From: Craspedostauros australis
Lineage: Eukaryota
Assembly: GCA_030167865.1 (NCBI GenBank)
Contig: JALAGF010006649.1
Coordinates: 1 to 64,000 of the forward strand
Direction of reading: 5' to 3'
DNA length: 64,000 nt
In this document: positions 1 through 10,808 of the stretch, in pieces
How positions within the stretch are numbered: position 1 is the stretch's first letter
How the letters are laid out: each line of letters starts with the position of its first letter
Notes under the pieces: generated by a model
Database searches by the model: none
Told to the model about the DNA's origin: nothing
The model's input: only the letters and a program-made list of their open reading frames with translations
Made by a program: the position numbers and the translations under genes

Positions 1-187
1 ACATGAGCGGACATCAGGGGCAGTTCCAGCGACTTGCGACACCTTGCGACAGTTGCGAGTGACAAAAGTTCACGGCCCAACCAAGACAAGATCCGCAATC
101 ACCATGACCGCAAAGACAAACGCAAACCAAGGTGACAGGCTGATTCCGCACCTGCGAGCGCCATTTGTCGTACATAGCTCGTACTGG

Positions 188-270
188 CATACTACGAGTA
201 CGATACATACTACGAGTACGATACATACTACGAGTACGATACATACTACGAGTACCATACATACTACGAG
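188..270. repeat. Tandem repeat, 18-bp unit CATACTACGAGTACGATA, ~4.5 copies
   Basis: Read directly. Each full unit contains the window-wide TACGAGTA octamer. Confidence 0.95.
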
Positions 271-495
271 CTGTACCAAGTCGTGCACAAGGGAAGAGGT
301 GCCAGACATGGTGCGATAAAGCCCATCCAAGACATCTCGCGACTGATCCATCCTACGGAAAGTTCTGTTCAAACCACTACCACAAGGAGCAATGTCTCGC
401 CAGACATTCGCAGCACGATGTGCGTGTCTTGGACACGAGGTCTTCCACACACATCGACGCAACGTGACAGAATACGATGCAAAGCGCACGAAGCG

Positions 496-543
496 GCACA
501 AAGCAGCACAAAGCAGCACAAAGCAGCACAAAGCAGCACAAAG
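496..543. repeat. Tandem repeat, 10-bp unit GCACAAAGCA, ~5 copies, upstream of the first DUF6824 gene
   Basis: Read directly. Confidence 0.95.
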
Positions 544-1072
544 GGACGCAAGATCGTCTGCATTTACCTGCTTGCCGTCCCAACGGACAGGCCAATGGAG
601 GGGAAGGCAGACGAGAAAGCGCATGAGAGAGAAGCACTCTCCGCTGGGCACTCCATGCTGGGCGCTGAACCGTCGGAAAGCGACGATGGCAGGCCTCATT
701 CGATTTGACACGAAGAAAAGCGACGAAGGAGGAGAAAACTTCGCCACTCGCGCTCGTACTCGTACTAACACCGGTACGAGCTCCACGGGTGAGAACAGAA
801 AGGAGGCGAAGGAAAAGAGATTCAGAATCCATTCTCGCCACCCTCCATTCTCATAATCACAGATGCAGACAGAAACAACCAGAATCGCAATCACACAGCA
901 GCACCAAACACTACAATACCGCACATCATCAACATCATCATCATCAACAGCAGCAGGAACAGCACTGGAGTAACAACACACACTGCTCCTCAAACAGATA
1001 CTCACTCTGTCGGAGAAAGAACTCAAACCATCGCAAATACTACTGCAAAGACCATCCCCAAAGACCATCACA

Positions 1073-2893
1073 ATGACAGGACACTCCAAGAGCACATTAC
1101 CACCCTCCCTCACGGCGACAGAAGCAACCGCCATGTCGGCTGTGACCACCACGGATGCACCTAATGCACCTAATGCAACCAACGACAACAATGAGGGAGG
1201 CGTCAACCCGTACTCGATGATGCACAGGACGTTGCAGAGCAAGGAGGCCAACTACGTCACGCACATCCTCCCCAACGACGTCCTTCTCGGACGTGGAACT
1301 GGCCCCAACGACCACCCCGGCAACGTCACCTTCCGCAACCTCATCAAGGACCAGTTCAACAACTACAAGACAGCCTGCATCCGAGGCGAGAAGACCAAGA
1401 TGGCCAAGAGGGTCGTCACCTACATCCGTAACCAGAACGGGCGCTTCCTGCGTCGTCTGGATGCCCACGAGATGCCAGCCGCCTTGGCAGATCCCCAGCG
1501 CGATCACCACCTGGTCGAGGATGCGGAGGTGTACCTGGAGATCAAGGATGATCGGCTGCTGGTCCAGAAGACGAAGCAGGCCTTCCGGCACTTGATTCGC
1601 CAGGCAGGACAATCCACCTCGCAATCCCAGTCGCCATCCACATCCCAGGGTGCAGGTACAGGCCAGGATCAAGGGCAGGGCCACTTCGCCCCGCTGTCCA
1701 GGAGGAGCAAGGCTCGATCCGCTTCGATGTCCATGCGATCACGGTCTAGATCGAGATCCCCTGACACGGTGTCATCCGGCGAGAGCGGCGTGGCACCAAG
1801 ATCGTACGGCAGGGCCCGACGGCTCTCCGCAGCCGCATCGGCATCGACGTCGGGTTCTGTCTCCGCCTCTGTGTCCACCAGCCACAGCCGAGCGCAGCTC
1901 GATGGTGATGGCGCTGCCGGCTTGGTGGGCCACACTGGGACCAACATGGACGTGGAGATGAATGCGGGCATGGGCGTAGGTATGGGCATGGGCATGGGAG
2001 CCAACGGCCATGCCCAGGCAGGCGCTGGGGCAGCAATGGGCGAATCAGGTGCGCCACCAGTGAGCATGATCTCCATTCAAAAGTCCGCCCTGGCCCCTAC
2101 CTTCAGCACGTCATCGCTGGACTCGTCGGTCGGCACCAACTCGGTGACGCATCGTCATGCCACTGGTGCTGCTGCCGGTGTCGGTGCCCCCAACGCCATG
2201 CTTGGGGCAGAAGCTGACATCGATGCAAGGCTCGCAGCGCTCAGGGTGTCCGGTCTGCCCGGCTTGTCAGCTGCGGCAGCAGCAGCAGCAGCATCCAGAC
2301 CATCTCAACTGTCCTCGCTCGCCCTCCAGCATCAGAGGCAGCAACAGCTGCAGCTCCAGCTGCGACAACAGCAACAACAGCAACAGCAACAGCGAGACTC
2401 GCAGCTACTCAAGCTGATGGCAGTCAACGATGCCCAGCTGCGATCTCGATTGGCCAAGGCCCAGCTTCTGGACGCTCTATCTACCCCAGGTGTGTCCGCT
2501 GGCGGTATTGCCAACGCTGCTGTTGGAAATGGCACTGGCAATCCATCCGCCCTTGCCCAGCTGGCGTTGGCATCGCAGCCTTCCCAGCTGGCCGCGCCGA
2601 TGTCTGCGCCGAACACGTCGGATGTTCTGGATGCGGCGCTGCGTCTTGCTGCATCTCGCAAGATGGCGGCATTGCAGTCGGCATTGGGAGCAACCGCGGG
2701 CGTAGGTGCCGGAGTCGGAGCAGGCGGACTGGGAGTGGGTGCTCCTGTGTCCGCGACGGCGGCGGCGGCTGCATCAGCGGCTCTGGCAGCCAGATCAGGA
2801 GGAGTTGTTCGTCCAGGCATGGGAGATCGTCACAGCTTGCTGCTGGAACTCCTGGCTGCGGAGCAGACGATGCGGCAGCCGGCCTTTCGTTAG
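1073..2893 (+). CDS. DUF6824-domain protein (paralog A), 606 aa, with S/A/G/Q-rich disordered tail
   Basis: Long ORF with strong C/G-ending codon bias. Motif NDVLLGRG..DHPGN..FR.LI...Y......EK...A..VV..I...NGRFL...K.KQAFRH is typical of diatom DUF6824. PolyQ tract near 2340-2392. Confidence 0.88.
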   Translation: MTGHSKSTLPPSLTATEATAMSAVTTTDAPNAPNATNDNNEGGVNPYSMMHRTLQSKEANYVTHILPNDVLLGRGTGPNDHPGNVTFRNLIKDQFNNYKTACIRGEKTKMAKRVVTYIRNQNGRFLRRLDAHEMPAALADPQRDHHLVEDAEVYLEIKDDRLLVQKTKQAFRHLIRQAGQSTSQSQSPSTSQGAGTGQDQGQGHFAPLSRRSKARSASMSMRSRSRSRSPDTVSSGESGVAPRSYGRARRLSAAASASTSGSVSASVSTSHSRAQLDGDGAAGLVGHTGTNMDVEMNAGMGVGMGMGMGANGHAQAGAGAAMGESGAPPVSMISIQKSALAPTFSTSSLDSSVGTNSVTHRHATGAAAGVGAPNAMLGAEADIDARLAALRVSGLPGLSAAAAAAAASRPSQLSSLALQHQRQQQLQLQLRQQQQQQQQQRDSQLLKLMAVNDAQLRSRLAKAQLLDALSTPGVSAGGIANAAVGNGTGNPSALAQLALASQPSQLAAPMSAPNTSDVLDAALRLAASRKMAALQSALGATAGVGAGVGAGGLGVGAPVSATAAAAASAALAARSGGVVRPGMGDRHSLLLELLAAEQTMRQPAFR

Positions 2894-3618
2894 AGCAGAA
2901 TGACGTTCCGCCACGTGTGCGGCAGAGCGTACGCAAGACCAATCGGCCCGAACCTTGGCGAGTCCATCGCGCTGATCTGGGCAACACCAATAGCAACCAT
3001 CATAGTTCACTTCCTCGATTGCATCCATCTGTCCTCTTCAATGTTAGTCAGTAACGGAACAATAGCTCTACTCGTACATGCCAAACGCAGACTCTATTCC
3101 ATCATGTTTACAGTTCTGCATGACAGCTGCGAGTATGATAGACTCTCTGATATTGTCGGGGTGATGCCAGCTCGGTCCGGGTGCATCGAGTGTTCTGGAG
3201 ACAACTAAGCCTTGTGTGGAACTGCGTGGAACGGAAATGGACAGGTCCGGGACAAAAATGTTGGATTGAGAAGTGACGGGAATCAATCGGTCGTTACTCA
3301 ATGTCACTGTATTGGTCTGTCCTCTTTGCGGAAGATGGCTTCGCGTCAACCGCCAAACGTGATCAAACAGAATCGGCGACACAGTTATGTTTTGGTATCC
3401 TTGCATGAAGGATTGGCCTCGGGAAGCGCGGTAAAGACCATATATTGGTCGTTTTTTGATGGGACTCCATTGGTACTCCCATTAGTCATAGTATAGCTTA
3501 TTCACAATCTAGAAGGTACTCCCATAGACAATTCATCGACGTAGTGTGAACATGGTATTACGGTTGGTCACTAGTTTGTTATGTTACTTGTTCGTGCTGC
3601 ATGGGATTCGCTCCAGTC

Positions 3619-5567
3619 TTACTCAGTGTCTGTGGTGTCGCCCCCCTTGGTGTTGGGGTCCGCCGATGGCGGGTTGACCTTCTCGATCTTGGGGGTCACC
3701 AACGGCATGTAGAACTCCTCCTGGTCATCGCCGTCTGACTCGCAGTCAATCTTAATCAACTCAGCGACACGAATCTTGCGAATGACTGTGGCGCAACGCT
3801 GTTTGGTTTCGCTGGAGAGAACAGCGGAAGGCACCACGACGGGGTCAGGAACAGCAGCGCGACGAGCACGTCTGCGAGCAGCAGCGCGGCGAGAAGCACG
3901 AGCAGACGTGTCCATCGAACCAACCATCAAACGAGATGGTTGACGAGCATACTGCACAGTGCAAAGCAAAAACGCAAAGATGTGTGAGTGAACAAGTGGG
4001 AGTTGTGAAGAACAGAAGACGAAACCGGTATCGAAAATGCTTACCTTTGCAGCGTGTCTGGATCCGGTAGCTCGGCGGCCACGAGCAATCGTCATGCGAA
4101 CAGGAGGTGGACGGGAAAACGTGCGTTCGTCATCGGATGAACTGTAGTCATCCTCGCCCATGTCATCACGAGGGTTCGGGTTAATTGTGCTATGCCGCTC
4201 TGTTCGCCGGTAACGCGCCAAGTTGGTGGCGCAATGGGTGACCGGGCTCGCGCTGTAGACAGGCACCATGCGGACGATCAGCAGGGGCGCATCAGTTTGC
4301 ACATCGCTCTCCCGATCATTGATGCCAACAGAAGGATTGATAAAATCAATCCCATGCATGGCTTGGTCGGAGGTCATTTCAAACCGGTCACTGACTTGGA
4401 TCGGCAGAAATTCCTTGTGCACGCGGACAGGCTTCGGGTGCCCACGACACATGTTGCGAACTGCCAACGCGTATGATTCGCTGCGTTCGCGTTGCCCACG
4501 GAAAGAACGGATCTTGAGGTGCGGAGGAACCGTTTCGTTCAAGCGATCAAGCAGCTCCTTGTCGGTTGCGGCGGATGACGCGAGTTCTTGGTTCTGATCG
4601 ATTTGAACCTCCAACACGCGCCCATGCTCCTTGATGAGCACGTTGACATCGCCGTAGCATGTCCCGCCTGGGAGCTCAAACGTGATTTCGAACACCTCCC
4701 CACGACCGCCTGGGGAGTACGCGTGGCGCACAGCGGGTAAGAAAATTTCCGTGTTCTTGTTCATCCACGCTTCAATTGCACGCGCACGACTGGGACCCTC
4801 TTGCAAGGGTGTCCCGGTCACAGTGTTGTTCACCAGCATGCCACGACTAGCAGCAAAGCCAGGAGGAACAGCAGGAGGAGAAGCCACGTGCGGTGGAAGG
4901 GCAGGAACAGACGAGGGCTCGCGGAGAGCAGCAGTCATCGTGTCCATGCAGTCGTAGGCAGGTCTTGCGGTTGGTGGCTGATGGGTGGGGACAGGCGATG
5001 CGATGTGTGGCGTGACTGGTGCAGTGGTGGGACGGGCTGTTGTCGGCATCTCAGTTGGGTTGGTGGGTGCCGGGCTGTACGCCATACGGGAGAACGCATT
5101 CATCGTTTCCGTTGCTTCTTCAGGCTTCTGCGCTGAGATCTTCTTAATCGCCTCGGTGAATTTTTCTTTGTACGTTGAAGCGTTTGCAACAAGATCAGAA
5201 ACGTTGGGAGAGAATTTCGTGTCCATGCGCACTGAGGAACGTGTTAGGACTTGTTGGTGGAAATTGATCCCGCGGCAATTGACGATTCTCAAACAGCAAT
5301 TCACAGTCACGTACCGGCTTTGGTTGCCTTCTTTGCACGTTTGCGCTTCACAGACTCTCGCAGCCTGCGAAGGTTGCGCGGAAAGTTGCGCTTAGACAAG
5401 AACGACAAATTGCTGTTGCTGTTCCAAACAGCTCTTGCCGGCATGGTCATCGGAATCTCTCCGCTTTCGATCTTCGCCCTGAGTTCGCCAATCTGGGGAA
5501 ACAGTTCTTCGTTCCACGCGGCTCCATCCGCTGCGTTCAGCTGTGGCGGAGAAGCCTTCCTCGGCAT
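3619..5567 (-). CDS. Transposon partner protein; predicted exons 5567-5315, 5231-4045, 3951-3619; N-terminal basic helical domain, central HSP20/alpha-crystallin-like segment, R/D/E-rich tail
   Basis: ORF 5307..5840 (from MPRKASP at 5567) joins ORF 3619..5310 via an 83-nt intron GTACGT...CTAAC...CAG (5314-5232) that keeps the frame. A second, in-frame 93-nt intron GTAAGC...TGCAG (4044-3952) removes an out-of-character stretch. Lies inside the TIRs, head-to-head with the transposase. Confidence 0.75.
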
Positions 5568-6562
5568 GTTGTAGTGGGACTTACTCGCGTATGGTTGATG
5601 GGCAATCGTCACGACGGTCGTATCAACGTATTTTATGAGAGAACGATCGTACATGCATTCGAAGGCATCGCGCATAGCTCGTCTCGAACAGGTGACGAAC
5701 ACGTGCTTTGTGCTGTTCAGTGTCCGTGTTGCAACGTGCCATTGTCCGATCTGAAAACCGCAACGCTTGACATGGTAAGCGGAGAGCTCTACTCTGCCCA
5801 AATAGTATTCAACGCATGCGTTTTGCTTTTCCGTTCCCACAATCGAGATGCATTGCGCTAACTATATTATAATGAATGTATAAATTGAATAAACATATGT
5901 GTTTCCTAGAAGCATGTACGATTATCCCTCCTAGTATAAAAGCATATCAACCGTTGATCTAGACTCAACGTGCTAAACACATGGATCTTCTGTCCGATGC
6001 GACACACAATGGGAGGAAGCACATGCAACTACCCTGACGTGGTGACTCTTCGCCACGTGCTTCTTGAGACGCGACATGCGGAGTTCGTTGGTGGCGAGTC
6101 GTCCAGACAATGATGCGAGGCTCACGTGCATCTCACCATGTGACTCTAATTGCATTGCTTTGACATAGACACCGACACGACATGACCTGCGACAAGCACA
6201 GGACAGGACCGGCGTCGACACCGGAAGAGCACCAGAAGAGCACCAAAAATTCACAGAATTACCGCGGATTTGTCACGGCGACATGTGCCCGAATCTGCGT
6301 CATACTACGACGTCGAATGTAGTTGTACTTGTACAGACGAAATAGTCCATAAATTACAATTTGGTTGGAGCTAAAGAGGCATACTCTCCATAGCATTCAG
6401 AAAAAGTAGTTGATAATGATTGAAAACAGCATTCTGAAATGTAATTGACGTGAGAGTTTTGCATTGTGTTGTCTCAATAAGAATCACGTACGATACTGCG
6501 ACATTTTCCTGTATGTAATAGTGTCGCATGGGACGTGTCGAAAGTACAGAAATAGACACAAG

Positions 6563-6652
6563 ATCGACCATCCATCGACCATCCATCGACCATCCATCGA
6601 CCATCCATCGACCATCCATCGACCATCCATCGACCATCCATCGACCATCCAT
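6563..6652. repeat. Tandem array, 11-bp unit ATCGACCATCC, ~8 perfect copies, between the two transposon genes
   Basis: Read directly. Confidence 0.97.
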
Positions 6653-7334
6653 GGACGCGACATGGACGCGACGCGAGCACGACTTGCACGAGACCTCATC
6701 ACCATGTGGTACGACAACAATGAGGTGCGCGGTCGGCGGTTGCACATGCACAACTACAGTTCCATGATTGTTCGTACTGTGCACAAGTCATTGCCGGACT
6801 CCCCAGATAGAGCATCGGACAACGTGCGCAAAGATGAGACAGCACTCAGGGAGGACAATCGTCTCACTGCATCGTTTTCTTGCGCTTCCCATCGTCCGGG
6901 TCGCAATGACGGACAAAGAGCACGGCACACGCGTCCCCCACGAAGTCATGGATGCAATCTGATCATTTCACTTCATTCGGCAACGTAGGAACTCTTTTAA
7001 TTTTTCGTCCGTTGAATTCTGTCCTCCTCGGTGCACAACGAAGAACAATTGAGGAGGCATTGCAGGACAATGGAACACTCTTCTCGCCTTGTCCGCTGTT
7101 TGCGCCGCGGAATGCTGTCTTATCCGCTCCTCAGCAACAAAGGAGGGAACAATTGCTGTACCTGATGAACATGCGGAGTTGCGCAAGAAAAGGTGTTTCC
7201 TCATTGCCAAGTTGCAGTTCATTTACGCACTGTCCCTACCCATGTCACCGGTTACTTGTCACAAGTCATCGTCTTCCCTTCATTTTGATACTCCTGAAGG
7301 AACAAAGAGCTCATAATTCGCGACAGAAAAAAGA

Positions 7335-8354
7335 ATGCTTCTACCAAGCGGAACTTTCGCCGCTGTGGGGTTTGGGCTGATTGGGTCTCGCCCAAGAGGC
7401 ATTCTCGCGAACGATCTATCCATGGAGTCGCTGCGACAGTTCGCATCCGTGTTCGGAACGCATCCTGACATCATACACATCTTGTGGAACGAGCTCGTAC
7501 ATGCGCGAGCTCTGCCACTCACGGCGAAACCGAAACATCTCCTGTGGACGTGCGCGTTTCTCCGTCTGTACGTGTCTGAGACGGCTTTGGCTGTCATGTG
7601 CAAGTGTTCTGCCAAAACACTTCGTAAATGGATGTGGCTAATGATGGCAGCCGTTGAAACCGTTAAGGATCGCATTGTAAGTACTAATAATTTCGCACAC
7701 CCGAACTACGACACAAAATTCGGTTCACTCCATTCACTCACACAGAGTTCTCTTTTTTGGTACCGTTCTCATTGACAGATTGTCTGGAACCGTCGTTTCG
7801 TTGGCGCATGTCAAAATGCCAAAGCTCTTGTAACGGTTGATGGGACGGACATGCGAATCACCGAACCGAAACCGTTTGACAGGAAGTGGTACTCGTTCAA
7901 GTTTCGCGCTTCTGGTGTGCGCTACGAGTTGGCTGTTGCGATTTCCACTGGTGAGATTGTTTGGGCGAATGGGCCTTTCCCGTGTGGGCTGTTGAACGAT
8001 CTTTCGATCTTCCGTCTGGGACTGAAACCAAGATTGGCGCAGCACGAAGTCGTCGTTGCGGATGCCGGATACCGTGGCGACCCTTGCGTGTTCCCGCCAA
8101 CTTTTCGTGCAGATGGTATCATGCGGTGCCGCCACGAAACAGTCAACAGGCGAATCAAGCACTGGCAATGCATGCACCTGAAGTGGCGGCACCACGTGGA
8201 CAAGCATCGCCTTGCATTCAACGCGGTTGCCATCCTCACCCAAATTGAACTGAGCAACGGCTTCCCCTCGTTTGACGTTGTTGTCGCCATGCAAGAAGCA
8301 CGCGAACGTGCCATCGCCCGAGCAGATGCACAACACACAAACACTACTAATTAG
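7335..8354 (+). CDS. Harbinger/IS5-type DDE transposase (DDE_Tnp_4-like), exons 7335-7676 and 7779-8354, ~305 aa
   Basis: Phase-0 intron GTAAGT...GACAG (7677-7778) joins two ORFs. N-terminal HTH-like part (KHLLWTCAFLRLY...KTLRKW). Catalytic motifs VTVDGTD, WYSFKF, NGPFPCG..ND, VADAGYRG, RHETVNRRIK. No internal stops. Confidence 0.9.
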
Positions 8355-10808
8355 GCCGTCCCACGTAGCAGTAACAAATAGCCAGAATTTAACCGGCATA
8401 CAATTATAATCGTAGATGTCCTCCCTTGTCTGTTGTAGTGAGTTCGTGTTGGGTGTCCTGGTTTGAAAAAGGCAAGCACAGCATGGCGCTGACTGGTTCA
8501 TCGTGTAAGTGCTCTGCTTTGCTGTGGGGAACACTATTTGTCAAAAATGCATCTCGGACCCACTGATAGTGCACTGTGGAGAACGGGTAAGGACGTTCGT
8601 TCCCATGGGGCGACATGCTTCCTTGATCAAAAGAGGATGGACTAGGCAACCAGACACTGTTGCTTGCGCGAAACAATCCGAGTGTGTCCTAATGAAACGA
8701 ACGAAAACAGCAGCGAAGCATCTGGACTGTGCAATCACACGCACGTTCAGCGGAGGGGTGGGAGGATGTTCACAGCAACAGCCGACGATGAGAGCGACAC
8801 GAGCAGGGAAGCGACACGAGCAGGGTTCATCACGCAATGACGCGTGCCTATCAGGACAGGAAAGGGAGGACATGATGCTGCCTACCCCCCTGCGAACGAA
8901 CATGCTCACTTTCGTCGGGTGTGGAGAGTGACGAGTGAAGAACCGAAGTACACTGGGCAAGAGTATGATGAGACGATGCATGTTTGTTGGAGTGCTGCGN
9001 NNNNNNNNNNNNNNNNNNNNNNNNNNNNNNNNNNNNNNNNNNNNNNNNNNNNNNNNNNNNNNNNNNNNNNNNNNNNNNNNNNNNNNNNNNNNNNNNNNNN
9101 NGAAGCAAGGACCCTCTTGAAAAGCAAGGGGCGATTGAGCCGAAGGGCTGTCACGGCGGAAAGGAGGCAATGTGACGTCGCGTGTCTGGGAATGGGGATG
9201 CCCTTGGAGCAGACACGAGGGGATGGAAGGAGTGCAAAGTGGACGTCATTGGCACGTTCACACAGTGTTGGACATCGCCAGGCACGCACATCAATAAGCG
9301 CAACATCACGCCGACACGGGAAAGGCGTGCTCTAGTAGTCGCATGAGTCGATGATCCGAACGAACAAAGCACGGCACAACACGCTTCAAGCGTGAATAAA
9401 GTACAAATCGACACATGTGGTGTCTTTACCGCGCTTCCCTCGTGTCACAGCACACATTCCTCCCCAACACCGCATCGATCAAAACGAGGTCGTCATCGAA
9501 TGCACCAAAATTCCATCGCAAGCCAGGCGATGCAGAAGCCCTGGAGAGGATCGACCGCGTACTATGACCAGGCATGTTGAACTGCAAGTACACACAGTTC
9601 CGTCGGTTGCTCTTGGTGCACGACCCTTCGACCGCTCCCATCATCGCCACCGTCATGCTATCGCCGTCGCCGTCGCCGCCGTCGTTCTTGTTGTTGTGAT
9701 GGTAGAGATCGCACAGAAACGGACAATGTGACAGTCCTAGTACTCGCATGTAAAATAGATGTGAACTCTACTTGTCTGTGCATGATGTTCTGTACGACCG
9801 TGCATGCCCCATTGAAACTGATTGTTTGTTGGGAAGAATTGCACACCTTCGAATTGGATTGTACAAAACCTTGGTGTATGGCTCTATATGTACTATTGCA
9901 TGTGGTACACGAAGATCATTTCTTTCTATTACATGCATTCACATTCTATGGAGTTGTGCAAGGTACTTCATGGTGACACCTACATAGTTGTTCAACGATG
10001 ACGCTCATTCTCATAAACCTTGTGATGGTGTCTGGAATTGGTCGTATACCGTACAAGTGCACAAGTCTGTCAATGTTCGATGACCCTGTCGTCCTCGATC
10101 TTAACAATCTTGACGTTCGGCAGATTCGAGAATATCCGATGCTGCTCCTTTGGGCATTGGCACTGGCCAAAGTTACCAACTTTCCACCCTGCCAAGTCTT
10201 CGGTCAACACCGACACCATCATCTGGCATCATCGATATCAGAACAGCTACCAGTATCAAGCACCAGCTTGATGTGGCACATCCATGAGTCTCCGACGCAA
10301 CCCATCGATTTTGCCTGAACGAGAATGTGCGGCCGAGTACTCGAACACGCCCAAGTGCAGCATACGATGGACCTTGACTCCGTCTCGCAAAGAGGGATCT
10401 CGTCCACGCGTATGAACATGATGGGGCGATTGCATCAGCTTGTGGCCTTGACGGTGTTGATGAGCAATAGAGTAGAGTACTCGTAGTTGTCGTCAGGAAG
10501 CGAGCCATTCATTGTTGCGAGCCTTCTGCATTGATCGCCTTCGCAACGATGGAAGTGAAGCTCTTCAGCGCCTCAACTGAACATCGATGCGCCGTCATCT
10601 GTAGATGTATCGTAGGTGTATCATGGATACCATCGTATTGTTCTCCTGCTGGTTCTAGTTGCGTTGTTCCTGCATTCGCAGCTACGGCCTCGTTCCTGTG
10701 ATTGTGCAATAGGCTTGAACTACATTGCACACCCATTCGTGTGATTGTGCTCGTGCTTGTTCTTGTTCTGGTCTGTTGGTCGGATGGCCTATTGGCCGAG
10801 TCCAGAAC

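Larger units (their letters stand above)
3421..9439. mobile_element. PIF/Harbinger (IS5-related, PHIS group) DNA transposon, ~6.0 kb, two divergent genes, apparently intact
   Basis: Perfect 18-bp TIR GGGAAGCGCGGTAAAGAC (3421-3438) / GTCTTTACCGCGCTTCCC (9422-9439). Flanks read either as a TC duplication, or as a CTCG duplication if the TIR starts at 3422. Encloses a DDE transposase. One N gap inside (9000-9101). Confidence 0.9.

Noticed and set aside
188..270. Short regular repeats as a possible CRISPR array (also 6563-6652)
   Set aside because: Head-to-tail units with no unique spacers, a eukaryotic context and no cas genes.
70..1251. 393-aa minus-strand ORF and other ORFs over the first kilobase
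   Set aside because: Built from tandem repeats and antisense to the C/A-rich leader of gene A. No domain is recognisable.
8400..9420. Possible third gene in the Harbinger-type element (also 5600-7300)
   Set aside because: Only short ORFs without recognisable motifs or a convincing splice model, and an N gap interrupts the region.
10050..10420. Minus-strand KIEDDRVIE resembling the DUF6824 C-terminal motif
   Set aside because: Too short and lacks the DVLLGRG, GN and GRFL motifs. Probably chance.
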